Shown here: in pieces, positions 11,509 to 20,526 of the stretch | Numbering within the stretch: position 1 is the first letter of the stretch | Layout: each line of letters begins with the position of its first letter | Assembly (NCBI GenBank): GCA_031539425.1 | Contig: JAVKLI010000051.1 | Coordinates: forward strand, 36,226-100,225 | Source of the DNA: Bacteroidia bacterium | GTDB taxonomy: Bacteria; Bacteroidota; Bacteroidia; B-17B0; Aurantibacillaceae | Length of the DNA: 64,000 nucleotides | Direction of reading: 5' to 3' | Translations under genes and position numbers: made by a program | Notes under the pieces: generated by a model | What the model saw: only the letters and a program-made list of their open reading frames with translations | What the model was told of the DNA's origin: nothing | The model's database searches: none

Positions 11509-12816
11509 TTAACTTTTCCTTCTAAAATAAAAAGTGACTGGAACACCATTAAAATCAAAGGCCTCTCTAAATTTGTTTTCTAAAAAGCGTTTATAGGAGT
11601 CTTGTAAATATTGAGGCGAGTTACAAAAAAACACAAAGGCGCAAGTATTTTGAATTTGTGTTACGTATTTTATTTTTACTAGTTTCCCTTTGCTAGCTGG
11701 GGGAGGGTAATTTTCTATTAACGGCAAAAAGAAATCGTTTAATGCTCTTGTTTTGATATGCTGTGTTTTTGATTGATGTACATGCATTGCAACATCTATA
11801 ACTTTCATTAATCTTTGTTTCTCTGTAACTGATGTAAAAACTATAGGAATATCTTTAAAAGGCGCAATTGAGGCGCGAATTTTTTCTTCAAATAGTTTGG
11901 TTGAATGGGTGTCTTTTTCTATTAAATCCCATTTATTTACTACAATTACAATGCCTTTATGGTTCGTTACTATTAAGTGTATAATATTTATATCTTGAGA
12001 TTCTACCCCTAATGTAGCGTCTATCATCAACACACAAATATCTGATGTTTCAATGGCTCTAATGGTTCTCATTACACTATAAAACTCTAAATCTTCGTGA
12101 ACCTTAGATTTTTTTCGCATTCCGGCGGTATCTATTAAAAAAAAGTCGTGACCGAATTTTGTAAATCGTGTATGTACAGTGTCTCTTGTGGTTCCGGCTA
12201 TATCCGTTACAATGCTTCTATTTTCACCTAATAGTGTATTTACTAATGATGATTTTCCTACATTTGGTCGGCCTACAATAGCTATTTTAGGGAGTTTATC
12301 AAATACCTCATCTGGCACCATTGGCTTAAAAGAGCTTACAACTGCGTCTAATAATTCTCCTGTACCTGTACCGCTATTTGACGAAATACAAAATGGATCT
12401 CCAAGTCCTAGAGCATAAAATTCTGAGGCATAGCTATGTCGTTCGCTATTATCAACTTTATTAACTACTAAAAAAACAGGTTTTTTACTTTTTCTAACAA
12501 TGTTTGCTACGTTTTGGTCAAATTGGGTAACTCCTTCACTAACGTCAGTAACAAAAAACACACAATTACTTTCTTCTATAGCAATTTGTACTTGATTACA
12601 AATTTCTTGTTCAAAAACATCATCACTTCCTCTTATATATCCTCCAGTATCTATAACACTAAAATCAACACCATTCCAGTGCGATTTACCGTAATTTCTG
12701 TCACGTGTAACACCAGCTATTTCATCAACTATAGCTTCTCTTGTTTCTGTAAGTCTATTAAAAAGAGTAGATTTTCCAACATTTGGACGTCCTACAATGG
12801 CTACTATATTTGGCAT
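11509..12816 (-). CDS. der: Ribosome-biogenesis GTPase Der (EngA)
   Basis: 435 aa with two tandem GTPase domains (GRPNVGKST and GRPNVGKSS P-loops, DTGG/DTAG, NKVD/NKWD) and a KH-like C-terminus. Confidence 0.95.
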   Translation of the reverse strand: MPNIVAIVGRPNVGKSTLFNRLTETREAIVDEIAGVTRDRNYGKSHWNGVDFSVIDTGGYIRGSDDVFEQEICNQVQIAIEESNCVFFVTDVSEGVTQFDQNVANIVRKSKKPVFLVVNKVDNSERHSYASEFYALGLGDPFCISSNSGTGTGELLDAVVSSFKPMVPDEVFDKLPKIAIVGRPNVGKSSLVNTLLGENRSIVTDIAGTTRDTVHTRFTKFGHDFFLIDTAGMRKKSKVHEDLEFYSVMRTIRAIETSDICVLMIDATLGVESQDINIIHLIVTNHKGIVIVVNKWDLIEKDTHSTKLFEEKIRASIAPFKDIPIVFTSVTEKQRLMKVIDVAMHVHQSKTQHIKTRALNDFFLPLIENYPPPASKGKLVKIKYVTQIQNTCAFVFFCNSPQYLQDSYKRFLENKFREAFDFNGVPVTFYFRRKS

Positions 12817-12897
12817 AAGCCCATAAAGGTATTAAAATATTAATGTATTTTAAATAATAAAAATAAAAACAATAGTAAGCTTTATATTTTCATGTAA

Positions 12898-13080
12898 TTA
12901 TTTTTTGAGCAAAGCAACAAAACTATGAAGATCTTCTTCAGTTTTATCAAAGGAACACATCCATCTTACTTCTGAAGTTTGTTCATTCCAAACATAAAAA
13001 AAGTATTCAATTTGTAAAATTGAGATGGATTATTTTGGAACAATGGCAAAAATAGGGTTTGATTTTACATTGTGTGTCAT
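12898..13080 (-). pseudogene. Relic of the C-terminus of a threonine-aldolase-family (PLP-dependent) gene, with an in-frame TAA
   Basis: The minus-strand frame reads MTHNVKSNPIFAIVPK*SISILQIEYFFYVWNEQTSEVRWMCSFDKTEEDLHSFVALLKK*. The FFYVW...VRWMCSFDKTEEDL...F pattern is the C-terminal signature of low-specificity threonine aldolases as I recall it. The neighbouring gene ends at 13089, so there is no room for the ~280 N-terminal residues. Confidence 0.5.
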
Positions 13081-13088
13081 TTTAAAGC

Positions 13089-14675
13089 TTACCCTCCCCT
13101 TTCAATTGCATCCACACAATTAATTCCGTCCATTGCAGCACTCATAATACCGCCAGCGTAACCTGCACCTTCGGCGCATGGGTACAAATTTTTAATTTGT
13201 ATGTGTTGTAATGTTTCTTTGTCTCTCGGAATTTTTACAGGCGTAGAGGTTCGAGATTCTACACCTACCACAATAGCATCGTTAGAAATAAAGCCTTTCA
13301 TTTTTTGGTCAAATGCTGTGAATGCTTGCTGAAGGTTTTGTGTAATTTTTTTTCCTAATACGTTATTAAGATTTACAGATGTAGTGCCAGTATTGTAAGA
13401 TGATTCTATTAATTTTGGAGATATTTTATTTTGCATAAAATCACTTAAATTTTGTGCTGGTGCTTTTAAATTTTTTCCGCCTGCAATCCATGCTTTGTGT
13501 TCAAATTCTTTTTGCAATTCTAACCCTGACAAAGGGCCAAAGTTGTCAAATTGCTTATAATCATTAGTGTTTAAGCCTACTACTATACCACTATTAGCAT
13601 ACACGTTATTTCTTTTTGACGGACTCCAGCCGTTAGTTACCACTTCTTTTGGTCCCGTAGCACATGGAGCTATAATGCCGCCCGGGCACATGCAAAAAGA
13701 ATACACTGGATAATCTTTTGATTGATGCGTAAGGTTATAGGCTGATGGTGGTAATAATTGGCGTTTGTTTAATAATTCATTTGTAGATGAACATTTATAT
13801 TGAATAGAATCAATAAAGATTTGCGGATGTTCAACACGTACGCCCAAAGCAAAGGGTTTGGCTTCAAGCAAAATGTGATGTTTATTTAACAAATAATATA
13901 TATCTCGTGCCGAATGTCCGGTGGCTAATAAAATATTTTGACAGTGAATTTCGTTAATTATATTTGTTAATGTATTTTGAATTTGAATAGATGAAATAGT
14001 CTGCTGTTTAATATTAATATCAATAAGTTGAGAATTAAAATGCACCTCACCGCCATATTCTAAAATGGTATTTTTTATATTGGTAATTATTTGCGGTAGT
14101 TTGTTTGTACCAATGTGTGGGTGTGCATCTATTGCTATATCTGGGTGTGCACCATGGTAAATAAATGTTTCTAAAATGTTATTAATGTCGCCACGTTTAT
14201 TAGAGCGTGTATATAGTTTCCCATCGCTATAGGTACCTGCACCGCCTTCGCCAAAGCAGTAGTTGCTGTGTTCGTTTATGATATGTTGTTTAAAAATTGC
14301 AGCCAAATCTCGCCTTCTCTCTTGTACTGGTTTGCCACGCTCAAATACTATAGGTTTTAAGCCTAACTCCAAACAACGTAAGGCGGCAAACAAACCAGCT
14401 GGGCCAGCACCAATAATTACAACCTCTTTTTTAGCCTGAGTTACATTAAAATAGTGTTTTACTATTTTATTATTTTGAATGGGTTCATTTATATAAACTT
14501 CAATTTTTAAATTTATTTTAATGTGTTTAGATCGTGCATCAATACTACGTTTTAAAATTTGGTATTGTGTGTCGTCATTTAATTTTAAATTACAAAAAGT
14601 ATGTATTTCTTTTTTTAACAATACAGGATTGTAAGCAACAGAATATGGAACTTCTAAATTAATTAATTGCCTCAT
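13089..14675 (-). CDS. NAD(P)/FAD-dependent oxidoreductase (COG2509-like uncharacterized FAD dehydrogenase)
   Basis: 528 aa with a VVIIGAGPAGLFAA dinucleotide fold after an ~80 aa N-terminal domain. The overall pattern fits this conserved family. Confidence 0.75.
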   Translation of the reverse strand: MRQLINLEVPYSVAYNPVLLKKEIHTFCNLKLNDDTQYQILKRSIDARSKHIKINLKIEVYINEPIQNNKIVKHYFNVTQAKKEVVIIGAGPAGLFAALRCLELGLKPIVFERGKPVQERRRDLAAIFKQHIINEHSNYCFGEGGAGTYSDGKLYTRSNKRGDINNILETFIYHGAHPDIAIDAHPHIGTNKLPQIITNIKNTILEYGGEVHFNSQLIDINIKQQTISSIQIQNTLTNIINEIHCQNILLATGHSARDIYYLLNKHHILLEAKPFALGVRVEHPQIFIDSIQYKCSSTNELLNKRQLLPPSAYNLTHQSKDYPVYSFCMCPGGIIAPCATGPKEVVTNGWSPSKRNNVYANSGIVVGLNTNDYKQFDNFGPLSGLELQKEFEHKAWIAGGKNLKAPAQNLSDFMQNKISPKLIESSYNTGTTSVNLNNVLGKKITQNLQQAFTAFDQKMKGFISNDAIVVGVESRTSTPVKIPRDKETLQHIQIKNLYPCAEGAGYAGGIMSAAMDGINCVDAIERGG

Positions 14676-14690
14676 GTTGTATTAATTTTG

Positions 14691-15488
14691 TTAACCTTCA
14701 AATGTTAAGGTAAATAGCCACATTTGAGAGTAAATGCTATTGATACTATTTGTAAACACGTTGTTTTGTTTTTGTAAAATGTTATTTAAACCATTCATTA
14801 ATTTTATTTCCATTCCAAATTTAAAGTATTGAAAATAAAAATCGGCACCGGCGCCACCATCATAAAAAAAATCTAAGCCATTTACTTTAACATCATCTAT
14901 AATTTGATTAGGATATGTTTTTCTTTGAGATTTTGGATTGGCGTTTAGATCAACACTCATACCGCCTCCTAAAACAAAATAGGCACTAAAGTTTTGTGAC
15001 CGTTTAGATTGTATTTTAACATCAATAGGAAAAATAAATAAGGCCGATTCTATTCTTTTTAAAAAGGTAATGGTGCTATCTAATTTTTTGTTTGCAAAAT
15101 TAAATTCAATTTCACGATTTGCAAAGTTATAGTTAGGGGTAAAGCGCAATCGCACATATTGATGTATTTTTAAATCTAAACACAAGCCCATAGAGATGCC
15201 AGGTAAGTTATTGGCATAAATAGATTTTACTGCGTATTTGGTAGTTCCAATTAAGGTGTCTGGAATATTTGATGTATTATTATTTTGAATATTAAAATTG
15301 GCTTGTATGTAGCCTAACGAAAATCCGTAATGAATTTTGTTAGTATAAAAACTAAATAAATTAACATTATATACCTTTTCATCTTGAGCCCAACAGTTAT
15401 GGTTGCACAAAGTGAGGCTCAGTAAACATAATAGATAAAGCTTGAAAAATGAAATGGTTTGTTTAGGTTTCATGCGGTTCGTTTTCAC
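14691..15488 (-). CDS. Outer-membrane beta-barrel (porin-family/PorT-like) protein
   Basis: Signal peptide ending in AQ, alternating hydrophobic beta-strand pattern, and an aromatic C-terminus (LFTLTFEG). The start may instead be the Met at 15473. The ORF overlaps the lspA stop. Confidence 0.55.
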   Translation of the reverse strand: MKTNRMKPKQTISFFKLYLLCLLSLTLCNHNCWAQDEKVYNVNLFSFYTNKIHYGFSLGYIQANFNIQNNNTSNIPDTLIGTTKYAVKSIYANNLPGISMGLCLDLKIHQYVRLRFTPNYNFANREIEFNFANKKLDSTITFLKRIESALFIFPIDVKIQSKRSQNFSAYFVLGGGMSVDLNANPKSQRKTYPNQIIDDVKVNGLDFFYDGGAGADFYFQYFKFGMEIKLMNGLNNILQKQNNVFTNSINSIYSQMWLFTLTFEG

Positions 15489-16098
15489 TTTTTTGTTTAA
15501 ATATTCTTTTATTAAAAGCTAAAATAATTCCTATTCCAAATGATATAGCCATATCTGCTATATTAAATATAGCATTAAAAAATTCAAATGATTGCCCGCC
15601 AATAATAGGAACCCAATCAGGAAATATACCTTGATAGATAGGAAAATAAAAAAAATCTACCACCTTACCATGTAAAAATGAAGCGTATCCATTGCCTTGT
15701 AATGTAAAGCTAGCGGCTTGAAACGCTGTTGTTTCTGTAAAAATTAATCCATACAAAATAGAATCTATAATATTACCCAAAGCACCAGCTAAAATAAGAG
15801 ATACACAAATAATGTATAAAGTAGATTCTTGTTGTTTAACAATTTTTATAATATAGTAAAAGCCAAAAAAAACTGCTATGATGCGAATGCTACTTAATAG
15901 TAATTTACCGATATCACCTCCAAATTCCATGCCAAATGCCATTCCTGGGTTTTCTATAAACGTAATTTTAAACCAGTTATCAAGTACCGTTACTACATCA
16001 CCATACGGAAAATGAGATTTGATATAAAGCTTAGTTATTTGATCACACAATAACACAAGTGTTAGGGTGATAATGGGGATTTTATATTTTGAAAACAT
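15463..16098 (-). CDS. lspA: Lipoprotein signal peptidase (signal peptidase II)
   Basis: 211 aa with four TM segments, DQITK, NPGMAFG and FNIADMAI motifs. Confidence 0.85.
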   Translation of the reverse strand: MFSKYKIPIITLTLVLLCDQITKLYIKSHFPYGDVVTVLDNWFKITFIENPGMAFGMEFGGDIGKLLLSSIRIIAVFFGFYYIIKIVKQQESTLYIICVSLILAGALGNIIDSILYGLIFTETTAFQAASFTLQGNGYASFLHGKVVDFFYFPIYQGIFPDWVPIIGGQSFEFFNAIFNIADMAISFGIGIILAFNKRIFKQKSENEPHET

Positions 16099-16118
16099 AA
16101 GTGCAATAATATTAATAA

Positions 16119-19100
16119 TTAACTTAACTCTAAAGTTAAACCGTTTATGGTTTCTAATTGTTCTATCATTTCTAAATTTACATTAATATTGTTTTTATTG
16201 TACTGCATTTTTAAGTCAAAGTTTTCTTGTTCGTCTTGTATTAAAATTTCCACATTACATTTTCCTTTTGATTTTGAAAATAAATTGTTCAATGTGTTTA
16301 TCATCGCATCATCTATAGAATCAATGTTAATATTTAATTTTAAATTAGAAAATAGGTTTGTTTTGGCGTCTTCTAACAATTGCATTTGTAATACCTTTAA
16401 TTCTAAATTATCTGGTTGGTTGTAACGTTGCTGTACTCTTCCTTTTACGCTAATAAAAATATTTGGTATCATAAATTTATTAAACTCAATATAATCTTTT
16501 CCAAATAGCATTAATTCAAATGTGCTATGGTAATCTTCTAAGGTTATTTTTCCGTAAGTGTGTCCATTTTTGCTGGTGCGGGTTTCTTGTTTAGTAACAA
16601 TGCCAGCAAATAACATATCTTTGTTTTTATATTTTTCAAAGTTTTGGGATAATTCTAAACAATTAATGTTGCATTTATATTCTAAAAATAATTTATATTG
16701 ATCTAAAGGGTGCCCAGATATAAATACGCCTACTACTTCTTTTTCTTTGGCTAAAATTTCTAATTTATTCCAAGGTTCAATGCTATTATCAATAGTAGGT
16801 TTTACATCTACAATTAATTCGCTCGAATCAAATAAATTATTTTGATTTTTATTTTGTTCGGATGAATTGGCATTACAGTATTTAATGAGTTTATCTGTTA
16901 GTGTTTGGTTGTTTTTATCTGGCACAAAAAAATGCGCTCTATGTAATCCATCACCAAACGAATCGAACGAACCTGCAAGTGCCAATCCTTCTATAGATTT
17001 TTTATTAAATGATTTTGAGTCTAATCGTTTAGCAACATCAAATATGGAGGTAAAGGACCCGTTTAAATTTCGTTCTTCGATAATATTGGCAATGGTATTT
17101 TCGCCTACGCCTTTAATAGATGCCATACCAAAGCGGATTTCTCGTTTGTTTTTTATGGGTGTAAATTTGGCATTTCCTTCGTTTATATCTGGGCCCAATA
17201 TTTTTATTTTTAATCGATTGCATTCATCCATAAAAAAAGTGATAGCGTCTATGTTGCTACTATGTTGAAGTACCACCGACATATACTCTACCGGGTAATG
17301 CGCTTTTAAATAAGCGGTTTGAAACCCTATGTATGCGTAGCAGGTAGAGTGAGATTTATTAAACGCGTAGTCTGCAAAGGCTTCCCAATCTTTCCACACT
17401 TTTTCTACGGTGTCTGCTGGATGATTATTTTTAACACAGTTTTCTACAAATTTGCTTTTCATTTTATCAAGCGTGGCTTTGTCTTTTTTTCCCATGGCTT
17501 TACGCAGCGTATCTGCATCGCCCTTAGAAAAATTAGCCAATTTTTGTGATAGCAACATGACTTGTTCTTGATACACGGTAATACCATAAGTTTCGCCAAG
17601 GTACTCTTCTATCCCTTCTAAGTCAAAGTTAATGGCTTCTTTGCCATGTTTTCGTTTAATGTAGTTTGGTATGTATGCCAACGGACCGGGCCTGTACAAG
17701 GCGTTAAGGGCTATTAAATCATTAAAACTATCTGGCTTCATTTCACGTAGTGCTTTTTGCATACCGGCACTTTCGTACTGAAATATGCCGCTGGTATCTG
17801 CTCGCTGAAAGAGTTCTAATGTTTTTAAATCATCTAACGGAATTTGATCTATATCCATTTCAATATTATAATTGAGTTTAATGGCTTTTAAAGTATCACG
17901 AATAATGGTTAATGTTTTGAGCCCTAAAAAATCCATTTTTAAAAGCCCTGCTTGTTCTGCCACAGAGTTGTCGTATTGGGTTACCAACATGTTACTATCT
18001 TTGCTTGCCGTGGTTACGGGTACTACATTAATAATATCTTCAGGGGTAATTACAATGCCGCAAGCGTGGGTGCCTATATTACGCACGCAACCTTCAAGTT
18101 CAGCAGCTTGTTTTAGCACTTTAGCTTGTAAATTAGGTGTATCTAATAATTTTCTAAATTGATGTGATTGTTCAATAACATCGGCTTTATCTTTAATTTT
18201 ATCTAAATATTTTTTATCAATTCCATTTGTGTTAAGCAAGGCTTTTAGTGATGCTTCCATGCTGTTTGGAAACGATTTGGATAATTTGTTAGAATCTTCA
18301 ATAGGTAAATCTAACACCCTTGCTGTATCTTTAATAGCCGATTTGCCGCCCATAGTACCGTAAGTAATAATTTGCGCTACTTGGTTGGCTCCATATTTAT
18401 TAATAACATATTGAATTACTTTTTCTCTGCCTTCATCGTCAAAGTCAATATCAATATCGGGCATGCTTATCCTATCTGGGTTTAAAAAACGTTCAAATAG
18501 TAAATTGTATTTTAAGGGGTCAATATTAGTAATACCCAAAGAGTACGCAATTACAGATCCTGCAGCTGATCCTCTTCCGGGGCCTACAAATACGCCCATT
18601 TCACGGCCTTTGGCTATAAAATCGGATACAATTAAAAAATAGCCTGGATAACCCATTCGCTCCACAGTGCTTAATTCAAAGTTAATGCGAGTTTCAATAT
18701 CTGAAGTAATATTTGTATAGCGTTTTTTAGCGCCTATCCATGTAAGGTGTGATAAATAAATAAATTGTTCGGCAATGGTTTTAATCTCTGCGGTTTGTGC
18801 GTTATTCGCATCTATATTTATTTTTTTGTGGTCTAAAATGCGCTTATAAGAATTTGTAATTTCTAAATTATTTTGAGCGATAAATTGTGTTTCTATCTCA
18901 AACTTAGGCATCAGCACTTCTCTGCCTAATTGGTAATTTTCTACTTTATCTATTATTTCTTTTGTATTATTAATAGCTTCTGGTAAATCTGAAAATAGCG
19001 CAGCCATTTCGGTAGGTGATTTAAAGTAGTGTTCTTTTGATTTTAAGCCATATCTATAGCCTCTACCCTTACCTATTGGTGTGCTTTTTTTTTCTCCATT

Positions 19101-20522
19101 TTTTACGCATAGTAAATTATCATGCGCATCGTAGCCATTTTTAAATAAGTAATAATTTACGTTAGCTGCGTAAAATTTTACTTGGTATTTTTTTGCAAAT
19201 TTTAATAATATTTCATTTACATGATTTTCTTCTTCAATAAGATGTCTGTTTAATTCGATATAAAAATCATCTTTAAATATATTTTTATACCATATAAAGG
19301 CTTGTTCTGCCTGCTCTTCGCCCACATTTAAAATAAGTTGCGGTATTTCACCAAGTATAGATCCTGTTGTGGCAATTAGTCCTTCGGCGTGTTGTTGCAA
19401 TAATTCTTTATCAATACGTGGTACATAATAATGCCCATGTATATAACCTGTAGAGCTTAGTTTAGATAGATTTTGAAACCCAATTTTGTTTTTAGCTATG
19501 AGCAATTGGCTATAGCCATTATCTTGAAATGATTTATCTAAATGATTTTTGCATACAAACAATTCGCAGCCTATTATAGGTTTTATAGGTGTTTCTAAAG
19601 TTTTGTTTTTTTTGCTTACCGCTTGCCAAAATGTAAAAGCACCATATAAATTACCAATATCAGTAATAGCAACGGCGGGCATTTTATTTTCAAGTGCTTT
19701 TAAAATAAGCTCATCTATATCCGTTGTAGATTGTAATACAGAAAACTGGGTGTAGTTATGTAAGTGTGTAAACTTTATTGCATTAATGTTATCACTATTT
19801 TTTTCTTCAAGAAACTGAGAATTATTTAAGGTCTTATTTATTGCAAGTGGTTCTTCTGCTTTTTTCCATTGCTTGTTATCAAGTAACACTTGAGATAAAT
19901 TGGGCGCTTGGTAATTTATACTTTGTGCTGACATATTTGAAACTGCAATGATGTTGCGTTTTATTGTTTCAAATAAAACACGAGCTGTAGCTTCTACGTC
20001 AAATGCAGCGTGGTGGGCATCCGAAAAATTTGAATTAAATAATTTGGTGTAAAGTTCCGTTAATGTAGGCCATTTGTATTTGCCACCTCGTCCGCCTGGT
20101 AGGGCACAATAATTAGTGGTTTCGTCATTTTTTGTGTCAATTATTTTTTTACTATTTAAATTTTCTGAAATGCTACAACGCAGTAGTTCTGCTCCAATAA
20201 TAGCAATATCAAATTCTATATTATGTCCGCATAAATACTGGCATTTTGAAACATCTTCTAAAAATGAAAGCAATATTTTTTTTAAATCACCCCCTTCTTG
20301 TATAGCTCTCTCATTGCTTATGCCGTGTATTTTTTCGGCATTAAATGGTATGGTGTAGCCATTAGGTTTTACAATAAAAGTTTGTTGGTTAATTAGTGAA
20401 CCATTTATATCATGCAATTGCCAAGCAATTTGAACCATTCGAGGCCAATTATCAAAATCAGTAAGTGGCGCTTTATAATTACGAGGAAGTCCGGTAGTTT
20501 CGGTGTCAAAAATGAGAAACAT
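16119..20522 (-). CDS. dnaE: DNA polymerase III alpha subunit with N-terminal DEDDh 3'-5' exonuclease domain
   Basis: 1467 aa. Residues 1-190 carry ExoI FDTETTGL, ExoII GHNIEFD and ExoIII HHAAFDVEA. These are followed by a PHP domain (FTHLHNYTQFS), the polymerase core, an HhH region and an OB fold. Confidence 0.95.
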   Translation of the reverse strand: MFLIFDTETTGLPRNYKAPLTDFDNWPRMVQIAWQLHDINGSLINQQTFIVKPNGYTIPFNAEKIHGISNERAIQEGGDLKKILLSFLEDVSKCQYLCGHNIEFDIAIIGAELLRCSISENLNSKKIIDTKNDETTNYCALPGGRGGKYKWPTLTELYTKLFNSNFSDAHHAAFDVEATARVLFETIKRNIIAVSNMSAQSINYQAPNLSQVLLDNKQWKKAEEPLAINKTLNNSQFLEEKNSDNINAIKFTHLHNYTQFSVLQSTTDIDELILKALENKMPAVAITDIGNLYGAFTFWQAVSKKNKTLETPIKPIIGCELFVCKNHLDKSFQDNGYSQLLIAKNKIGFQNLSKLSSTGYIHGHYYVPRIDKELLQQHAEGLIATTGSILGEIPQLILNVGEEQAEQAFIWYKNIFKDDFYIELNRHLIEEENHVNEILLKFAKKYQVKFYAANVNYYLFKNGYDAHDNLLCVKNGEKKSTPIGKGRGYRYGLKSKEHYFKSPTEMAALFSDLPEAINNTKEIIDKVENYQLGREVLMPKFEIETQFIAQNNLEITNSYKRILDHKKINIDANNAQTAEIKTIAEQFIYLSHLTWIGAKKRYTNITSDIETRINFELSTVERMGYPGYFLIVSDFIAKGREMGVFVGPGRGSAAGSVIAYSLGITNIDPLKYNLLFERFLNPDRISMPDIDIDFDDEGREKVIQYVINKYGANQVAQIITYGTMGGKSAIKDTARVLDLPIEDSNKLSKSFPNSMEASLKALLNTNGIDKKYLDKIKDKADVIEQSHQFRKLLDTPNLQAKVLKQAAELEGCVRNIGTHACGIVITPEDIINVVPVTTASKDSNMLVTQYDNSVAEQAGLLKMDFLGLKTLTIIRDTLKAIKLNYNIEMDIDQIPLDDLKTLELFQRADTSGIFQYESAGMQKALREMKPDSFNDLIALNALYRPGPLAYIPNYIKRKHGKEAINFDLEGIEEYLGETYGITVYQEQVMLLSQKLANFSKGDADTLRKAMGKKDKATLDKMKSKFVENCVKNNHPADTVEKVWKDWEAFADYAFNKSHSTCYAYIGFQTAYLKAHYPVEYMSVVLQHSSNIDAITFFMDECNRLKIKILGPDINEGNAKFTPIKNKREIRFGMASIKGVGENTIANIIEERNLNGSFTSIFDVAKRLDSKSFNKKSIEGLALAGSFDSFGDGLHRAHFFVPDKNNQTLTDKLIKYCNANSSEQNKNQNNLFDSSELIVDVKPTIDNSIEPWNKLEILAKEKEVVGVFISGHPLDQYKLFLEYKCNINCLELSQNFEKYKNKDMLFAGIVTKQETRTSKNGHTYGKITLEDYHSTFELMLFGKDYIEFNKFMIPNIFISVKGRVQQRYNQPDNLELKVLQMQLLEDAKTNLFSNLKLNINIDSIDDAMINTLNNLFSKSKGKCNVEILIQDEQENFDLKMQYNKNNINVNLEMIEQLETINGLTLELS

Positions 20523-20526
20523 AAGC

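Noticed and set aside
12179-12843. Track ORFs 12179..12418(+) and 12514..12843(+)
   Set aside because: They lie antisense to der (EngA), whose two GTPase domains are unambiguous.
16147-20358. Six plus-strand track ORFs inside dnaE (16147, 16867, 17319, 17872, 19549, 20116)
   Set aside because: All lie antisense to the 1467-aa dnaE frame, which is conserved throughout.
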